From positions 1,945,732 through 2,009,731 of the forward strand of contig OZ251501.1 of assembly GCA_965242715.1 (NCBI GenBank): a stretch of 64,000 nucleotides of DNA, given 5' to 3'. The position numbers and the translations under genes are program-made. Of this stretch, positions 61,120 to 64,000 are shown one piece after another. The stretch is from Tenacibaculum sp. GTDB lineage: Bacteria; Bacteroidota; Bacteroidia; Flavobacteriales; Flavobacteriaceae. Under the pieces are notes generated by a model. That model made no database searches, was not told the origin of the DNA, and saw only the letters and a list, made by a program, of their open reading frames with translations. How positions within the stretch are numbered: the first letter of the stretch is position 1; each line of letters begins with the position of its first letter.

Positions 61120-63150
61120 CTAGTATTTTAACTTTTTTAAGTATTGTAACTTAGTATGCCAAATATCTAAACCTTCTTTAAGTTTATTAACTGAATCACG
61201 TACATTTTTTACAAATGGATTATCTTCAGTCGCATTAGAAATAAAACTTAAATTATTCTCTAACTGTTGCATTTCACGCACATTTTCATCTATTTTCTTA
61301 CGCAGAAAAAATTGCTCGTTATCAAGTTTTCTAAAATCTTCCTGCGCTAAATAGCTATTAATTGCATTTTTAAACTTCATCATGGCAACTTCTTCTTTAC
61401 CAAGATCTAACTTCTCATAAGCAGCATCTATTTGCTTATTAAATTTACCATCTAAATACCGAGCATTATAAGGAAGGCTTCCTAACTCTTTCCATTTAGA
61501 AATAGCTTCATTAATACTTTCTATAGAAGTAGTTTCCACCTCTTTAAACTGCTCTAAAAACTCTTTTTTAGCATCTACAACAACCTGTTGCTCTTTATTC
61601 ACTTCATTTTTACGATCATGTAATCTATCAAAATAAAAATTACAAGCACTTTTAAAACGTTTCCAAATATCATCAGAAAATTTACGTGGTACATGTCCAA
61701 TTTTTTTCCAGTCTGCTTGAATACGCTTCATTGTATTGGTACTTTCATTCCAATCTTCGCTTTTCATTAAGCTTTCTGCTAACTCTATTAATGCAATTTT
61801 CTTGTTTAAATTTTCACTCTGTGAGTTCTTTTCTTCTTTGTAAAAAACATTTTTAGAAGCATTAAACTTCTTAGTAGCCTCTTTAAATTTTTGCCAAATA
61901 GCTTCGCTTTTAGAATACGGAAGCTTACCTGCATTAAAATACTCTTGACGCATAGCTTCAATTTCTTTAATACTTTTTTGCCAATCACTATGAGACTTAT
62001 TACCAGAAGTATCAGACACACCTATTCTATCAATAATAGCTAATTTTAAATCTATTACCTCCTGGTACTTCGATTTTAAAGACCGAAAATATTCATGACG
62101 CTTATCATGAATTTTCTTGGTGACATCACTAAATTTCTGCCAAATATCTTCACGGTATTCTCTACTAACAGGTCCAATTTCCTCCTTCCAAAGTTTATGC
62201 AAATCTTGCAATTCTTTAAAGGCATCATTTATATTTTCTTTTTCAACTAAAGATTCTGCACGAGTAATTATGTTTAGCTTTTCTTCAAGGTTATGCTTAA
62301 AATCTAACTCTCTAAAATCTTCACTTAAATGTAATAAATCGTAAAAACGCTCTACATGATGATGGTAAATTTTCCAAGTATCATTATATTTAGTTCTTGG
62401 AACGCCTCCAATTGCTTTCCAACGTGTTTGGAGTTGACGAAAATCATTAGACATAGTACTTGGATTCCCGTTTTCTATTAACGCTTTTAACTCTTCAATT
62501 ACTTGAGTACGCTTTAATAAATTTTCCTTAAGAAGACCATCTAACTGTGCATAATAAGCATCACGCTTTGTTTTATATTCTCCTAAAAGCTTATTGTATT
62601 CAGATTTTATTGGACTAGAAAACTGAAAATCTATCACATTTCCTCCTTCAGTTAAAAATATTTCTTTTTTCTCTGCTAATAATGCTCCAAATTTAGCATT
62701 AAACGCATTTTTAATAGCATCTACATTCGTTTTTATTTGTTGCACAGAATTAGATTTTAACAACTGCTGAAGCTCTTCAGCTAATTTTTCTAACTCCATA
62801 GAAGCATACTCTAACATCGGTATTTGATGCTTTTCATCAGGCTTCTCAGCCTCTTTTGCTACTTGATCCTCAACCGTTTCAACTGTATCTTCAAGCTCCG
62901 GCACCACCTCTTCAGCTTGCACGGTTTCTTCAACATTACCAAGCTTCTTGGCTTCTTTTACTACCTGATTTTCAACCGCTTCTTTAACTTCTGGAGTTAA
63001 TTCTTTAGCTTGAACAGCTTCTTCTACAACCTCAACTACTTCTGATGTTAGCTCTTCAGCCTCTGTAGTTTCTTCAATAGTATTATTGGTTGATTCATTT
63101 TTAGAGTTTTCTTCAAACTCCTTTTCAGTATTTTCATTTTGATCTAACAT
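61120..63150 (-). CDS. DUF349 repeat protein
   Basis: 676 aa. Acidic N-terminus, then repeated W(K/Q)xIGxVP...W.RF modules (RWKAIGGVPR, LWKEEIGPVSR, DWKKIGHVPR, KWKELGSLPY). Confidence 0.85.
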   Translation of the reverse strand: MLDQNENTEKEFEENSKNESTNNTIEETTEAEELTSEVVEVVEEAVQAKELTPEVKEAVENQVVKEAKKLGNVEETVQAEEVVPELEDTVETVEDQVAKEAEKPDEKHQIPMLEYASMELEKLAEELQQLLKSNSVQQIKTNVDAIKNAFNAKFGALLAEKKEIFLTEGGNVIDFQFSSPIKSEYNKLLGEYKTKRDAYYAQLDGLLKENLLKRTQVIEELKALIENGNPSTMSNDFRQLQTRWKAIGGVPRTKYNDTWKIYHHHVERFYDLLHLSEDFRELDFKHNLEEKLNIITRAESLVEKENINDAFKELQDLHKLWKEEIGPVSREYREDIWQKFSDVTKKIHDKRHEYFRSLKSKYQEVIDLKLAIIDRIGVSDTSGNKSHSDWQKSIKEIEAMRQEYFNAGKLPYSKSEAIWQKFKEATKKFNASKNVFYKEEKNSQSENLNKKIALIELAESLMKSEDWNESTNTMKRIQADWKKIGHVPRKFSDDIWKRFKSACNFYFDRLHDRKNEVNKEQQVVVDAKKEFLEQFKEVETTSIESINEAISKWKELGSLPYNARYLDGKFNKQIDAAYEKLDLGKEEVAMMKFKNAINSYLAQEDFRKLDNEQFFLRKKIDENVREMQQLENNLSFISNATEDNPFVKNVRDSVNKLKEGLDIWHTKLQYLKKLKY

Positions 63151-63220
63151 ATCTACAATGTTTAAGTTCCTAAAATTAGTAGGTAAAGATAGGGATGTCT
63201 TGTAACACTTACAAGATTAT

Positions 63221-63308
63221 TATTTGGGCGCTCGAGCGGGCTTTTCGTACTCGCTTTTTTGTAAAAAAAACAAAAAGAGCTCAAACAAATACTACAATCC
63301 CTAGCGCG
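63221..63308. repeat. Family B structured intergenic repeat (inverted relative to the 4201-4298 copy)
   Basis: The reverse complement reads gcgctagggattgtag...tttgtttgagctc...agcgagtacgaaaagcccgctcgagcgcccaaataa, colinear with 4213-4298. Confidence 0.75.
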
Positions 63309-63386
63309 AGAAAACTTATTAAGGCAGTTTCTAAAACTAAAAACAATACCTACTTTACACGTTTAGTTTTAAATCATAAAAAAATA

Positions 63387-64000
63387 TTAGGTTTTGTTCC
63401 AAATTTTCCAAGCCTTTTCAGCTTGTAATTCTAGCATTTCTAAACCGTTTTTTATAGTTGCATCCTGCTCTTTCCCTTTGGTTAAAAATAGTGTCTCAGA
63501 CGGATTGTAAATCAAATCAAACAACAAATGTTTGCTCGTCAAGAACTCATAAGGAATATTAGGAGAATTATCTACGTTGGGATGCGTGCCTAAAGGTGTA
63601 CAATTAATAATTATTGTATACTTTTTAAGTGTTATTTTCTTGAGTCTATTATAACCAATTACCTTCTTTCCTTTCGGGTTACGGCTCACAAACTTAAATT
63701 TAATACCCAATCCTTTAAGCACAAAAGCTACCGCTTTTGATGCGCCACCAGTTCCAAGAATTAAAGCTTTTGTATGCTGTTCTTTCAATAATGGTTTCAA
63801 TGAATTTTCAAAACCAAAAACATCTGTATTATATCCTTTTAAATTTCCTTCTTTGGTAATTCTTATCGTATTTACAGCACCAATTTTTTGCGCAGATTTA
63901 GACATACTACCCAAATACGGAATAATTGCTTCTTTATAAGGAATGGTAACATTTATTCCTTGCAATTCAAATTTATGCTGATGTATTAGTTTTGATAAAT
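63387..64000 (-). CDS. aroE: Shikimate dehydrogenase (N-terminus beyond the window edge)
   Basis: ...GINVTIPYKEAIIPYL...GYNTD..GF...ILGTGGASKAV... The frame stays open to position 64000. Confidence 0.85.
   Translation of the reverse strand, partial: LSKLIHQHKFELQGINVTIPYKEAIIPYLGSMSKSAQKIGAVNTIRITKEGNLKGYNTDVFGFENSLKPLLKEQHTKALILGTGGASKAVAFVLKGLGIKFKFVSRNPKGKKVIGYNRLKKITLKKYTIIINCTPLGTHPNVDNSPNIPYEFLTSKHLLFDLIYNPSETLFLTKGKEQDATIKNGLEMLELQAEKAWKIWNKT

Noticed and set aside
63195-63428. 77-aa + strand ORF
   Set aside because: It covers the inverted family B repeat and runs antisense into aroE. There is no independent coding signal.

Overview
AT-rich chromosomal window with Bacteroidota/Flavobacteriia-type gene content; the taxon is inferred and no rRNA is present to confirm it. 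The flanks (about 1-28.9 kb and 49.9-64 kb) are housekeeping. They carry menaquinone genes (menE-like, menC, menA), a membrane Fe-S oxidoreductase pair, MlaD, an amidase and an LptD-like protein. They also carry RidA, pfkA followed by two tandem GAPDH paralogues, TamB, TsaD, a YdeP/FdhF-type molybdoenzyme, a GlmU-like protein, LpxK, Nif3, DUF349 and AroE. Scattered through the window, and very dense between 28.9 and 49.9 kb, are 11 insertion-sequence copies from 7 types. These are a 1462-bp IS5/IS1182-like element (3 copies), a 1171-bp IS4-superfamily element (3 copies), and single copies of IS1380, a 1362-bp IS4-like element, ISL3, IS1595 and IS630. Ends, inverted repeats and target-site duplications (TSDs) could be read directly for almost all of them. 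At least 10 genes are visibly inactivated. Those hit by IS insertions are an LTA-synthase/sulfatase gene (3 hits plus a nested IS), fdhD, a small membrane protein, an alpha/beta hydrolase and a DUF819 gene. The others are two thioredoxin-fold genes, a CMD/AhpD-type gene, mgsA and a sucC 3' remnant. Three families of short structured repeats are present, and one 31-nt palindrome also sits in-frame inside a coding sequence. I saw no rRNA, tRNA or CRISPR array. I also found no multi-gene defence or biosynthetic system that I can support. The most unusual signals are the repeat biology, the IS nesting and target preferences, and a 508-aa threefold-repeat glycine-run outer-membrane-like protein of unknown function.
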